Shown: positions 44,801 through 54,478 of the stretch, piece after piece
How positions within the stretch are numbered: the first letter of the stretch is position 1
Layout: each line of letters begins with the position of its first letter
NCBI GenBank assembly: GCA_963809035.1
Contig: CAWEHV010000002.1
Span: forward strand, 2,173,601-2,237,600
Source of the DNA: an uncultured Thermoplasmata archaeon
GTDB taxonomy: Archaea > Thermoplasmatota > Thermoplasmata > Lutacidiplasmatales > UBA184
Direction of reading: 5' to 3'
DNA length: 64,000 nucleotides
Made by a program: the position numbers and the translations under genes
The notes under the pieces: model-generated
What the model was told of the DNA's origin: nothing
The model's input: only the letters and a program-made list of their open reading frames with translations
Databases searched by the model: none

Positions 44801-47260
44801 ATGCGGACCGTCGAGCTCTTCCTCCTCGATGGTTCTTACCAGGCTGTCGACAACGGAGTGGTCGTCGAGCTGTTCGGCCGGACCCGGGAGGGACGGGCCA
44901 TGGTGGCCCGCTACTATGGGTTCCGGCCTTACTTCGTCCTTACCGAGCCCTCGGCGGACGCGCGAGCCCGCCTCAAGGCCGACCCGGAGATCCTCGATGT
45001 CGCTGACACGACGGTCTGGCTCGGGGGTCGTGAGCGACCCGCGGCCAAGGTCACGTTACACCGTCCTTGGCTCGTCCCCCAGTATCGCGACCAGTACCGT
45101 CAATCGGGCGAGGAAGGGAGCGTCCTTTCGTGTGACATTCCCTTCATTCACCGCTTCCTTTACGACAAGCAGCTCGGACTGACCATCACCTTCGAGGCGG
45201 AGGACGAACCCGAGGCGGTCCGGACACGGTACACCATCCCGGACGTGGTGCGCATCCTGACCGACGAGGGGCGGGACGTCCGCCCGGCCCCAGCGTTCCG
45301 GCCCGACCTCCGGGTGCTCTCGTTCGACATCGAGAACGCGATCCGGCTGCGGACGATCTTCACGATCTGCGGGGTCTCGGAGGGGGGCGGGAGGGAGCGG
45401 CGAACGTTCCGTATCTGGGACGCGAGCGAACGTCGGATCCTCGAGGAGTTCTGCCGCATCATCGCCGAGGACGACCCGGACGTGATCACGGGGTACAACA
45501 TCGGTGGGTACGACTTCCCGCTCCTCATCGAACGAGCCCAAGCGACCGGTCTTGGCCCCCTCGTTCTTGGACGGGACCGGACCCCCCCGGACGAATTCGG
45601 CACCCGCCTGTGGAAGGTCCATGGCCGGGTCGTGGCCGACGCATGGTGGTCGGCCCGACGGGAGCTCCATCCGAAGCAGGAAACCCTTCAGTTCGTCGCT
45701 CGGACTCTGCTCAACGATTCGAAGCTCGACGTCGACCGCCGCAACATCGACGCCGAGTGGGTGAAGGACCCGGAAAAGGTCCGGGAGTACTGCGAGCACG
45801 ACGCGGACCTCGCGCTGCGGATCATCCAGAAGATCCGGACCCTGGAGAAGGCCGGGGACATGGCGACGGTCGCCCACCTTCCTCTCGAGGAAGGGTTGAA
45901 CGGGAGGACGTCCCTCTTCATCGACTCCCTGCTCATCCCGCGCGCGGACGCCCAGGGGGTGGGCGTCCCGACCAACCACTACGCCGGCCGCGAGAACCCG
46001 ATCGAGGGAGGCTACGTCCATGCGATCCGGCCCGGGATCTACCGCTGGGTCGTGGTCCTCGACTTCAAGTCGATGTACCCCTCGATCATCATCAGCCGGA
46101 ACCTCTGCTTTACGACCCTCTCCCCCGACGGGACGATCGTGGCTCCCTCCGGGGCGAAGTTCCTTGCCCCCTCCGTCCGTCGGGGACTGATCCCGCAGAT
46201 CCTGTCGGACCTGCTCGCCGACCGGGACCGGTTCCGGAAGGCCGGCCGCGCGGCCACCGAACCGGACCTGGCCACGTACTACGACGGACTGCAGAACGCG
46301 GTCAAGATCCTCATGAACTCCTTCTATGGCGTGCTCGCCTCGAGCTTCTACCGGTTCACGAACAAGGACATCGGAGCCGCGATCACGGCGTTCGCCCGCG
46401 AGGCGATCACCTCGATCATCCATGACCTCGAGACGGACGGCCATGAGGTCGTCTACTCTGATACCGACAGCGTGTTCGTCAAGTCCCCCACCGCCTCGCT
46501 CGATGGGGCGAAGGAGTTCGGCGAATCGATCGCCAAACGGTTCTCGCACGAGGGGACCACGTTCGAGTTCCAATCCGTCTACGAATCGTTCTTCTCGCAC
46601 GGGGCGAAGAAGCGGTACGTGGGTCGCACCGCGTGGCCGAAGGAGGAACTCATCGTCCGAGGGTACGAGACCCGCCGGACCGACGCCTTCGATTACCAGT
46701 CACAGGCCCTCATGGAAGTGTTCGAGCTCGTCCTGAACGGAGACACCGACGGAGCCATCCGTCGCTCCCGCGAGCTCGTGCAGGCCGTGCGCGAACGGCA
46801 CGTCCCGACCGAGCGGCTCGTCATCGCGCGCTCGGTGCGCGCGGAAGGGGAGTACAACGAGTCGACCCGCGACTCCCTTCCATTCCTCCGGGTGTTCCGG
46901 CGGCTGCGAGAGGAAGGGTACGACGTGATCCCCGGGATGAAGGTCGCGTGGATCGTCACGGACTCGCGGAAAAGCCCCCAGGAGATCGAACCCTGGGTGG
47001 AGGGACGACCGTTCACGGCCGAACCCGACTCGGAATACTATGCGGACCGGGTCGCCCAGACCCTGGCGCGGGTGACGGAAGTGTTCGACTGGGACGCCGC
47101 GGCTCTGCTCCGGGGCAGCCACCAGCAGCGGCTGGGGGGTGGCGAAGAGAACCCGTCGGTCGCCCGGGGACCCGCCGCCTCCCTCGACACACCGCTCACC
47201 GAGCTCGCGGGTCCGCCGCGTCGGCGGACGACCAAGAAAAGCCTCTCCGACTTCGAGTAG
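44801..47260 (+). CDS. polB: DNA polymerase, family B
   Basis: Exonuclease motifs FDIE and YNIGGYDF; polymerase motifs KSMYPSIII (motif A) and YSDTDSVFV (motif C); 819 aa. Confidence 0.95.
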   Translation: MRTVELFLLDGSYQAVDNGVVVELFGRTREGRAMVARYYGFRPYFVLTEPSADARARLKADPEILDVADTTVWLGGRERPAAKVTLHRPWLVPQYRDQYRQSGEEGSVLSCDIPFIHRFLYDKQLGLTITFEAEDEPEAVRTRYTIPDVVRILTDEGRDVRPAPAFRPDLRVLSFDIENAIRLRTIFTICGVSEGGGRERRTFRIWDASERRILEEFCRIIAEDDPDVITGYNIGGYDFPLLIERAQATGLGPLVLGRDRTPPDEFGTRLWKVHGRVVADAWWSARRELHPKQETLQFVARTLLNDSKLDVDRRNIDAEWVKDPEKVREYCEHDADLALRIIQKIRTLEKAGDMATVAHLPLEEGLNGRTSLFIDSLLIPRADAQGVGVPTNHYAGRENPIEGGYVHAIRPGIYRWVVVLDFKSMYPSIIISRNLCFTTLSPDGTIVAPSGAKFLAPSVRRGLIPQILSDLLADRDRFRKAGRAATEPDLATYYDGLQNAVKILMNSFYGVLASSFYRFTNKDIGAAITAFAREAITSIIHDLETDGHEVVYSDTDSVFVKSPTASLDGAKEFGESIAKRFSHEGTTFEFQSVYESFFSHGAKKRYVGRTAWPKEELIVRGYETRRTDAFDYQSQALMEVFELVLNGDTDGAIRRSRELVQAVRERHVPTERLVIARSVRAEGEYNESTRDSLPFLRVFRRLREEGYDVIPGMKVAWIVTDSRKSPQEIEPWVEGRPFTAEPDSEYYADRVAQTLARVTEVFDWDAAALLRGSHQQRLGGGEENPSVARGPAASLDTPLTELAGPPRRRTTKKSLSDFE

Positions 47261-47272
47261 CGGAGTCTCGAC

Positions 47273-48196
47273 TCAGCCCCGCGCGGCCGGGAGAGGCGGG
47301 ACTTCGTCGGTGGAGGTGCCGCGCAACGTCAGGATCGCGCCACCGACCGCGATCGGGACCCCGAGCGCGGCGATCAGGGGAACGGAGAGGTGGAGGACCG
47401 TCGCGCTCAGCAGCAGCGTGAAGACCGGGATCCCGGTCATCAGCATCGGTGGGATCACCATGCCCACGTCCGCGATCGCACGGAAATAGAGGACCGGCGC
47501 GAGGGCGAAGCTCGTCAGGCCCACGATCGCGAGGATCCCCAGTGCCGGCAGCGGGACCGAGACGAGTCCCTGGGCACCGCCCGGCAGTACGACGGAAAGG
47601 AGGATCCCGAGCACCCCGGCTCCGAGCATCGACTGGCTCACTACGGCGAGGGACGGCGTCCGCTCGTTCTCCTTCGCGCAGAGCAGGAAGTACACGGCCA
47701 CGGTGATCGGGATCGCCGGAACGACCAACCAGCCGGCGCCGCTCACCGCACTGAGGGTCTGGCCTCCGGCGATGGTGAGAGACCCGCCGACCAGCGACAA
47801 TCCGAGGCCCCCCGCGAACGTCCAGGTCCCGATGTGACCCCGATGCCGCGCCCAGACGAGCGCCACGAGGACGGGGGTCAACACGACGTCCCCGATCAAC
47901 GAGAGGAGGGAGGCGTCGACCGGTCCGATCAGGTAGGTCGCGGCCAATACCGAGAGCTGCATCCCCATGAGGAACCCGATCCGGACCCACGCCCCGGAGG
48001 TGAGCCAAAGGTGCGCGAACGCCGTGCCGTACCCCCGACGGATCGCGTACCCCGAGTAGATGGCGCCTCCGAAGAGGAACGGGTAGACGATCGTGGCCGA
48101 GGCGGTCGTGGTGTCGTGGATCGCCAGAACGAAGGGATAGTAGGTCGCCCACAGGAACGCCGAGAGCAGAGAGAGGACGGCCGCGCGGTTCCGCAC
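47273..48196 (-). CDS. EamA/DMT-superfamily transporter
   Basis: Ten hydrophobic helices in two EamA halves. The start is set at GTG 48196 (alternative 48214); the upstream ~240 codons in the track are Arg-rich shadow. Confidence 0.7.
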   Translation of the reverse strand: MRNRAAVLSLLSAFLWATYYPFVLAIHDTTTASATIVYPFLFGGAIYSGYAIRRGYGTAFAHLWLTSGAWVRIGFLMGMQLSVLAATYLIGPVDASLLSLIGDVVLTPVLVALVWARHRGHIGTWTFAGGLGLSLVGGSLTIAGGQTLSAVSGAGWLVVPAIPITVAVYFLLCAKENERTPSLAVVSQSMLGAGVLGILLSVVLPGGAQGLVSVPLPALGILAIVGLTSFALAPVLYFRAIADVGMVIPPMLMTGIPVFTLLLSATVLHLSVPLIAALGVPIAVGGAILTLRGTSTDEVPPLPAARG

Positions 48197-48273
48197 GCGG
48201 GGGTCGGAGGGCACGGGGGCGGAATCCGCCGGTGAGATTATCGTTTGGGGCGGGGGGGCCTGCGCCCGATGGT

Positions 48274-49341
48274 CTAGGAGTACCCTTCGTACCGTAGTCC
48301 GAACTGAGGGACGGTCACGCCGTCGCCCCTTTCTACGTGCCCGATCCGGATCGCATCGTGCACTCCCACGCGAGCGAGCTTCGACTTGACCTGAGCGAAC
48401 CGGCGGGGCCGGACGATCACGGCAAAACCGACCCCCATGTTGAACGTCTGGAACATCTCGGCCTCCGGGATCGACCCGAGCTTCTGCAACCAGCGGAAGA
48501 CGCCGGGGACCTCCGGCCAGTGGTCGAGGACGAACGATACCCCCGGTCGGAGACGGACCAGGTTTCGAACCCCTCCTCCGGAGAGGTGGGCGAGGCCGCC
48601 GACCCCGGGGTCGTCGGCGACTGCGTCGGCCGGCCGTGTGTAGATCCGGGTCGGGACGAGCAGTTCCGTCCCCACCGGTCCGCGTCCTCCCGGTCGGGGC
48701 GCTCGGAGGTCGACGTCCGAGGCGTCGAGCAACCGTCGGACCAGCGTGAAGCCGTTCGCGTGCAGGCCGTTGGAAGGGATCCCGACCACGACGTCGCCCG
48801 GGCGGATCCCGGCTCCGCTCACCGGCGCGCGGCGCCCCGGGAAGAACCCCAGGGCCGTCGCCCCCAGGTCGATGCCGTGGACCATGTCGGGGACCACGGC
48901 GGTCTCCCCGCCGAGGAGCGCGCACTGGGCCTCCCTAAGCCCTCGGCCGAGCCCTCGCCCGATGGCCCGGAAGACCTTCGGTCGGGGTTGGTCGCAAAGG
49001 ATCGTGTCGACGAGGGCGGCCGGACGCGCGCCGACGGCGGCGAGGTCGTTCACGTTCACCGCCACGATGTCCTCCCCTACCTCCTCCCAGCGCCCGACCT
49101 GCTCGGCAAGGAGCACTTTCGTCCCGACCGTGTCCGTGGTGAGCGCGAGCGTTTCGCGCCCGATGCGAACGACGCCCGCGAAGTGTCCCGGGAGGTCCAG
49201 GGGGCGGCCGTGGGAGGTCGGGGGGCGGTATCGAGCTTCGCGCAGGAGCTCCGCGAGGGCCGCGGAGACGTTCGACCGGTCGACCCCGCTTCGTGCGTAG
49301 GTCCATTCTCGGCGGCGCGGCGTACGAGGGCCTCCGAGCAA
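48274..49341 (-). CDS. purM: Phosphoribosylformylglycinamidine cyclo-ligase (AIR synthetase)
   Basis: TYARSGVD, LTTDTVGTKVLLAE, AVNVNDLAAVGARP and GIPSNGLHANGFTLVRR motifs. No ATG/GTG is near the conserved N-terminus; a TTG at 49341 is proposed as the start (uncertain). Confidence 0.85.
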   Translation of the reverse strand: MLGGPRTPRRREWTYARSGVDRSNVSAALAELLREARYRPPTSHGRPLDLPGHFAGVVRIGRETLALTTDTVGTKVLLAEQVGRWEEVGEDIVAVNVNDLAAVGARPAALVDTILCDQPRPKVFRAIGRGLGRGLREAQCALLGGETAVVPDMVHGIDLGATALGFFPGRRAPVSGAGIRPGDVVVGIPSNGLHANGFTLVRRLLDASDVDLRAPRPGGRGPVGTELLVPTRIYTRPADAVADDPGVGGLAHLSGGGVRNLVRLRPGVSFVLDHWPEVPGVFRWLQKLGSIPEAEMFQTFNMGVGFAVIVRPRRFAQVKSKLARVGVHDAIRIGHVERGDGVTVPQFGLRYEGYS

Positions 49342-49473
49342 TGGGAGGGACCCGGGCAGAAATACCCTCCCACCGGGTGGGGAGCGACTTCTAATGGCCG
49401 GGACCTCTCCGAGCGTCCGATGACGCCTCCCGTGCGAAAGGCTTCGCCAGAGAACCGACCTCCGGCGCCTGAG

Positions 49474-50763
49474 ATGGCCGCCTGGGTCTTGGCGGGGCGC
49501 GCCTTCGTACGGGGGCGTCTCCAGTCGGTGGAGATCGGAATCTCCGAGGACGGGATGATCCTCTCGGTCGGCAAGGTCCGCTCGGACGCCCCGCGTCATG
49601 ATGTCGGCGAAGGGGTGATCCTGCCCTCCGCCTCCGACCTTCACGTGCACTTCCGGGAACCGGGGGGGCCGGACGGAGGGGAGTCGATCGCGACGGGGAC
49701 GACCCAGGCCGCGGTTGGTGGAGTGGCGCTCGTAGGGGAGATGCCGAACACGAACCCACCGGTCACGGACGTAGAGACCCTCATGGACAAGGCGGGCCGC
49801 GTCCAAGGGGCCGCGGCCGTCGATGTCCTCCTCTACGCGTCTCCGACCCGTCCACGGGCTCTTGACCGGCTCGCCTCCCGGGCCGGGGCGTTCAAGCTGT
49901 ATCTCAGCCCGACCACGGGCATCGACACGCCCCCGGACCCCGGCGAACTAGGACCTCTCCTCGCGCGCCTCGCCGACTTGGGGCTGCCCGTCTCGGTCCA
50001 CGCGGAAGACCCGGCGATGTTCGTATCGACCTCGGACGCAAAGGACCCGACGGCGTGGGACTCAGCGCGTCCTCCGGTGGCCGAACGGGCAGCGATCGAG
50101 CGACTCCTAAGGCTGGCCCCGCCGGCATTGCGGCTGCACGTCGCTCATGTGACCCAGTCGGAATCCGTCGACCGCCTCCGTGCGGCCGGGGTCTCGTTCG
50201 AGGTGACCCCGCATCACCTGCTCCTTTCCGAGCATTCGCGCTCGGACGCAATGACGAAGGTCAACCCTCCGTTGCGCTCGGAGAAGGTCCGTCGAGCCCT
50301 GTGGGAGCGATTCCTCCGGGGCGATGTCCCCTGCGTCGCGAGCGATCATGCTCCCCACTCCCTCACCGCCAAGGAACGACGGTTCCCCCTGGCTCCGAGC
50401 GGGATGCCGGGGGTGGAGACCCTGCTTCCGCTCCTCCTCGCCTCGGTCCGATCGGGGGCGCTCGGACTGCCGGTCCTGGTGGCGGCCGCCTGCGACCGGC
50501 CGGCGCGCTGGCTCGGTCAGCCCCACGGACGGATCGCGCCGGGCCATCGAGCGCATCTCCTAGTGGTCGACTTCCGACAGCGGACGCGGATCGACCCGGC
50601 TCAGCTCCACGCTCCCTGCGGGTGGACGGCGTTCGAGGGTTGGGAGGCGATCTTTCCTCGGGAGCACTACTTCCACGGGCAGAAGATCGTCGCCGATGGC
50701 GAGTTCGTCGGCCGCCCCTCCGGGATCGTCGTCCGCCCCGAGTTCGCTCCTCGCCCCCGGTAA
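49474..50763 (+). CDS. pyrC: Dihydroorotase
   Basis: Metal ligand motifs DLHVHFREPG, SVHAED, HVAHVTQ and ASDHAPH. ATG at 49474 (alternative 49420). Confidence 0.8.
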   Translation: MAAWVLAGRAFVRGRLQSVEIGISEDGMILSVGKVRSDAPRHDVGEGVILPSASDLHVHFREPGGPDGGESIATGTTQAAVGGVALVGEMPNTNPPVTDVETLMDKAGRVQGAAAVDVLLYASPTRPRALDRLASRAGAFKLYLSPTTGIDTPPDPGELGPLLARLADLGLPVSVHAEDPAMFVSTSDAKDPTAWDSARPPVAERAAIERLLRLAPPALRLHVAHVTQSESVDRLRAAGVSFEVTPHHLLLSEHSRSDAMTKVNPPLRSEKVRRALWERFLRGDVPCVASDHAPHSLTAKERRFPLAPSGMPGVETLLPLLLASVRSGALGLPVLVAAACDRPARWLGQPHGRIAPGHRAHLLVVDFRQRTRIDPAQLHAPCGWTAFEGWEAIFPREHYFHGQKIVADGEFVGRPSGIVVRPEFAPRPR

Positions 50764-50787
50764 GTCCCATTCCGACGGCCGACCCGC

Positions 50788-51378
50788 CTAGCCGGGGGGG
50801 GCCTTCGGTCCGTCCGGAGGCACCGGGGGAAGAGCCGCGACCGCCGCTCGTCGCGCCCGGAGATAGAGGACGAGCAGGTAGATCGCCCCGACCACGATGA
50901 GGGCGTAGACCACGTAATCGAGGGGTCCGAGGTAGGTCTGGACGACCGTCCAGCGGCTCCCCAGGACGATCCCCGCGTAGATCAGGGCCAGACTCCAGGG
51001 GATGCTGCCGAGCAAGGTGTACGCACCGAAGCGGACCGGCGGCATCCGGGCCGTGCCGGCGGGGTAGCTGATGTACGCCCGGACCACCGGAAGGCAACGG
51101 CAGGCGGCGACCGTCACTTCCCCGTGCTGGGAGAACCAGCGGTCCATCCGAGCGAGGTGGCGTTCCTCCAGTCCCAACGGTCCGAGGCGGATCCGCTTGA
51201 GATGCTCTCGCCACCAGCGCCCGACGGCGTAGGCGATGAAGGCACCGACCAACGCTCCCACCAGGGCGACCAGGATCGTTGGGACCAGCGGGAACACCCC
51301 GGTCGCGATCAGGAATCCCGCGAAGGGCAGGATGACCTCGCTGGGCAGGGGGGGGATCCCGAAACTCTCGACCACCAT
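50788..51378 (-). CDS. DedA-family membrane protein (possibly interrupted by in-frame TAG at 51400-51402)
   Basis: VVESFGIPPLPSEVILPFAGFL is the DedA core. The expected N-terminal helix (TFSIVGTVVSLIVTILTAGG) is in frame upstream but separated by TAG. Confidence 0.7.
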   Translation of the reverse strand: MVVESFGIPPLPSEVILPFAGFLIATGVFPLVPTILVALVGALVGAFIAYAVGRWWREHLKRIRLGPLGLEERHLARMDRWFSQHGEVTVAACRCLPVVRAYISYPAGTARMPPVRFGAYTLLGSIPWSLALIYAGIVLGSRWTVVQTYLGPLDYVVYALIVVGAIYLLVLYLRARRAAVAALPPVPPDGPKAPPG

Positions 51379-51458
51379 GAGGGCGAACAGCCCTGCCTAG
51401 CCCCCCGCGGTGAGGATGGTGACGATGAGACTGACGACGGTCCCGACGATGGAGAAGG

Positions 51459-51751
51459 TCACGCCCGCCCGCTCCCCTTAGGTCCCGGGGGCGGCTCGGC
51501 CGGGGGGACCGGGTCGTAGCGAAGACGGAAGGGGGCGGAAAGTCGGGCATTCGTGAGCGCCGGGATCCCCTCGAACTCGAGCGGGGTCGAACACCCTCCG
51601 CACGCGACCGAAGGCCGCAACCGGCCCAAGGTGATCGACAGGGCGATCCCCACCTCGATCTGGGTGGGACGGGACGGGGCTCCCTCTACCGCGACGCGCA
51701 GCTCCCGCAGGAGGCGCTCGTCGTCCGAGGAGAGGGTCGCGTCCGGGCTCA
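51459..51751 (-). CDS. Small protein with NifU-C-like CGGC motif (tentative)
   Basis: 97 aa; VACGGCSTP...GIPALTNA weakly resembles the Nfu/NifU C-terminal domain. Confidence 0.35.
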
Positions 51752-51805
51752 TGCGCACGAAAAGTGACGCACGGGCTCTTAAGGCCAGCCGGGCGGAGGG
51801 GTAAC

Positions 51806-52405
51806 CTACCGGTCGGCCTGTCCGGCGGCATCCGAGGCGCCAGCGCCACCGCTTCCCGACTTGGGAGCCTTCTTCAGGATCTCGCCACTGATCTTGTCGA
51901 GTTCGGCCATCAGCGAATCGATGTCCGGCTCGGCTTCACCTGCCGCCGCGCCTCCGGCCCCGGCAGCGACTCCCGCACCGACCACCGGCGGGCTCTGGCC
52001 CACGTCCTCCGGTGTCTCCACATAGCTGGCCCCCGGCGCGGCCGCCACGCCGGCGGTCGCTCCGACCGCCACTGCGGCGGGAGCGGCCGACGGAGGCGTC
52101 GAACCGCCCGAGGAGGCGCCCGCGGGAGGTTCCCAGGCTTCGGGCGCGGCCGGGGAGGCGGGCGGGCGGCGACGGAAGAGCATCAAGCCAACGAGCGCAG
52201 CGACAATGACCGCGGCCAAGACCACGGCTACGATCCACCAAGGAAAGGGGGTCGAGGAACCCGAGGTGCAGGACCCGTACTGGCAGTTCGCCTGGGCCGT
52301 AACGGCTCCGATCGTAGGGGTCAATCCGGCGGCCACCACTGTGCCGAGCATCCCGGCGCCCAAGAGAATGGGCACGAGGCGTCGACCACCCTGAATTTGC
52401 ACCAT
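51806..52405 (-). CDS. Hypothetical two-TM protein with Ala/Gly/Pro-rich low-complexity domain
   Basis: N-terminal hydrophobic anchor, a second TM, then an AAAG-rich region and an acidic C-terminus; ATG at 52405. Confidence 0.5.
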   Translation of the reverse strand: MVQIQGGRRLVPILLGAGMLGTVVAAGLTPTIGAVTAQANCQYGSCTSGSSTPFPWWIVAVVLAAVIVAALVGLMLFRRRPPASPAAPEAWEPPAGASSGGSTPPSAAPAAVAVGATAGVAAAPGASYVETPEDVGQSPPVVGAGVAAGAGGAAAGEAEPDIDSLMAELDKISGEILKKAPKSGSGGAGASDAAGQADR

Positions 52406-52557
52406 GATGACCGTTACTCGCTGGCCGAGGGTTAAGATACCGGCGGCCCTATGTAAAGGTGCCTCAACGGGGGTTGTGGAGCCGACGTAGGGTCGTCTCC
52501 GGCCCTGCAGGCGTTCCGGGCCAGTCGTTTTGAGCCGGAGAACGGGTTGCAGGTCGG

Positions 52558-53082
52558 ATGACGTTCCCCTTCCTCGTGGTCTTCGGCGTCCTCCTGCTGG
52601 CGTTCATGGGGTACTCGTTCTGGCAACGCCTCGACCCCCGGTACCTGATCGGGGCGGCGCTGGTCCTTCTGGTGGCCACGGCCATCACGGAGGCGGCGGG
52701 GGCTACCCCGGCGGCCGACACCCTTGCCGAGTACGTGTTCCTCCTCCTCGTCGGGGGCGTGGTCCTGATGCTGTTGGACCAGGTTCGTGGGCGGGTGGGA
52801 ACGTCGGCCCGTGACCCCCCGTTAGGGTGGGGGTCCGGCGTCGCGGAAGAACAGCCGACCGACCCGACGCACCAGGGGGAGCGGCCTTCCCAGGAGCCGC
52901 TCGAAAACCTCGAGCAGCAGTCGGTCACCCCGGTCGACGCTACGGGTGGCCATGACAATCAGGATGAACAACCCCGCTACGGCGAGTCCCAGCACGGGGA
53001 GCGACCAGTACGGAAGGGTGGGATGCAGGAGACCGAGGAGGAGGCCAGCCGGAATCCCGGTGAGGGCGAGCGGGACGAGTGA
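52558..53082 (+). CDS. Possible small membrane protein (2 TM) whose 3' half overlaps the flippase gene antisense
   Basis: The N-terminal 90 aa are hydrophobic and lie in otherwise non-coding DNA. The acidic low-complexity C-terminal half is probably not genuine. Confidence 0.2.
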   Translation: MTFPFLVVFGVLLLAFMGYSFWQRLDPRYLIGAALVLLVATAITEAAGATPAADTLAEYVFLLLVGGVVLMLLDQVRGRVGTSARDPPLGWGSGVAEEQPTDPTHQGERPSQEPLENLEQQSVTPVDATGGHDNQDEQPRYGESQHGERPVRKGGMQETEEEASRNPGEGERDE

Positions 53083-54387
53083 ATGGGCCCGGAACGGATG
53101 GATACCGGAAATGAAGGCCAGCTCGGCCAGAGAGAGACCCGAGGCGAGGGCGGCGGCCGAGGCCCAGGCGATCGCGGCCCCGACGGAGCCGTAGAGGGGT
53201 ACGAGCCAAAAAGCGAGGCCAACATCCACCGCGGCGGCAGCGGCGGAGTTCATGGCGACGAGCCGGGTCTGCCCTAAGGCCACCTGGGTGGCGGAGCCGG
53301 GTCCGAATAGCGTGGTGGCGAATGCCCCCACGACCGTGATCTGCAGCGGAGCGATGATCGTCGTGTAGTTCGAGTTGTAGACGAACCCGAGGCAGAGGCT
53401 GGGGAGGAAGAAGAACAGGACGAACAACGGGAGCGAGAAGAGGACCATCCACTTGGTGACGGTCGCGTACGTCACGCCGATCGAGTCCATGTCGCCGCTG
53501 CGGAACAGGCGCGTGGTGACGGGGAGGAAGATGTACCCGGCCGCTCCCATGCCGACCTGGAGGAGACGCGCGAGTGTCAGCGAGGCGGAATACGTCCCCA
53601 CCGCCGTGGGAAAGAAGAGGCCGAGGATGAGCGTGTCCCCGTTGCCGGTGAGGCTCGAGAGGATCGAGGCGGCGAAGAGGGGGGCGGCGAAGACGAGGAG
53701 ACGAGAGAATGCCCGCGGCGCACGTGGGCCGGAAGGCAACCGGCGCGGGAGCCGGAGGGCCATGTACCCGACCGCGAGACCTAGCCCGAGCACGCTCGAG
53801 GCCGCGTAGGCGAGGAGGGCGTCGCGAAAGGTGACGCCGCCCGGCTGGACGAGCGCGACGGCCAGGAACGTCACGAAGAGGAGGGGGGTGAGGATCTGCA
53901 AAATGAGGGCGTTCGGCGTGACGTCCTCGTACCCCTGGAAGATGGATGCGATCAGGCCCGACGCGATGCTCGACGCGACGGCGATCGAGAGGAACTGGAG
54001 CGCGATGCCGATATCCGGTTGACCGAGCTGGGCGCCGACCCAGGGGCCGGCCAGGAAGAGAGAGACGGCGAGGACCGCTCCGGCCGCCCCTCCCAGGAGG
54101 AGGACTCCGCGGACCATCGAGCGACGCTCGGAGTCCGAATTCACATAGGGGAGGCTCCGGGCGATCGCGTTGGGCAGGCCGAACGTGCCGAACGCCGCCA
54201 GGAAAGCGGCGAGCGTCAACGACCAGGAGAACGCACTCCACTCGTCGGGCGAGATGCTCTTGACGATGGCGACGCGCGCCACGAAGTTCAAAAGGACGAA
54301 CAGGAGGGTCGCGACGAGCAGGAAGAGGGTGCCTTTCGTGACGGTGGACAAGCCGTCTCGAATGCGAATCGTCGAGGGAGAATCCAC
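52822..54387 (-). CDS. Polysaccharide/oligosaccharide flippase (Wzx/MOP superfamily)
   Basis: 521 aa with ~14 TM and a MOP-flippase hydrophobicity pattern; GTG start at 54387, ~35 nt downstream of a T-rich box. Confidence 0.7.
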   Translation of the reverse strand: MDSPSTIRIRDGLSTVTKGTLFLLVATLLFVLLNFVARVAIVKSISPDEWSAFSWSLTLAAFLAAFGTFGLPNAIARSLPYVNSDSERRSMVRGVLLLGGAAGAVLAVSLFLAGPWVGAQLGQPDIGIALQFLSIAVASSIASGLIASIFQGYEDVTPNALILQILTPLLFVTFLAVALVQPGGVTFRDALLAYAASSVLGLGLAVGYMALRLPRRLPSGPRAPRAFSRLLVFAAPLFAASILSSLTGNGDTLILGLFFPTAVGTYSASLTLARLLQVGMGAAGYIFLPVTTRLFRSGDMDSIGVTYATVTKWMVLFSLPLFVLFFFLPSLCLGFVYNSNYTTIIAPLQITVVGAFATTLFGPGSATQVALGQTRLVAMNSAAAAAVDVGLAFWLVPLYGSVGAAIAWASAAALASGLSLAELAFISGIHPFRAHSLVPLALTGIPAGLLLGLLHPTLPYWSLPVLGLAVAGLFILIVMATRSVDRGDRLLLEVFERLLGRPLPLVRRVGRLFFRDAGPPP

Positions 54388-54478
54388 GTTCCTCCCCTAA
54401 CGGGCGGGCGGCATAGAACGGTAAAAAGGCACCGTTGCGGAGGCACGGTTATAGTAGAAGGAGGGGGCTCGGACCTCC

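Noticed and set aside
51400-51402. UAG-pyrrolysine recoding as an explanation for the in-frame TAG in dedA
   Set aside because: TAG is used as the terminator of several confidently called genes in this window (THEP1, amidohydrolase, glyS, rpoP), and no pyl genes or methylamine methyltransferases are evident.
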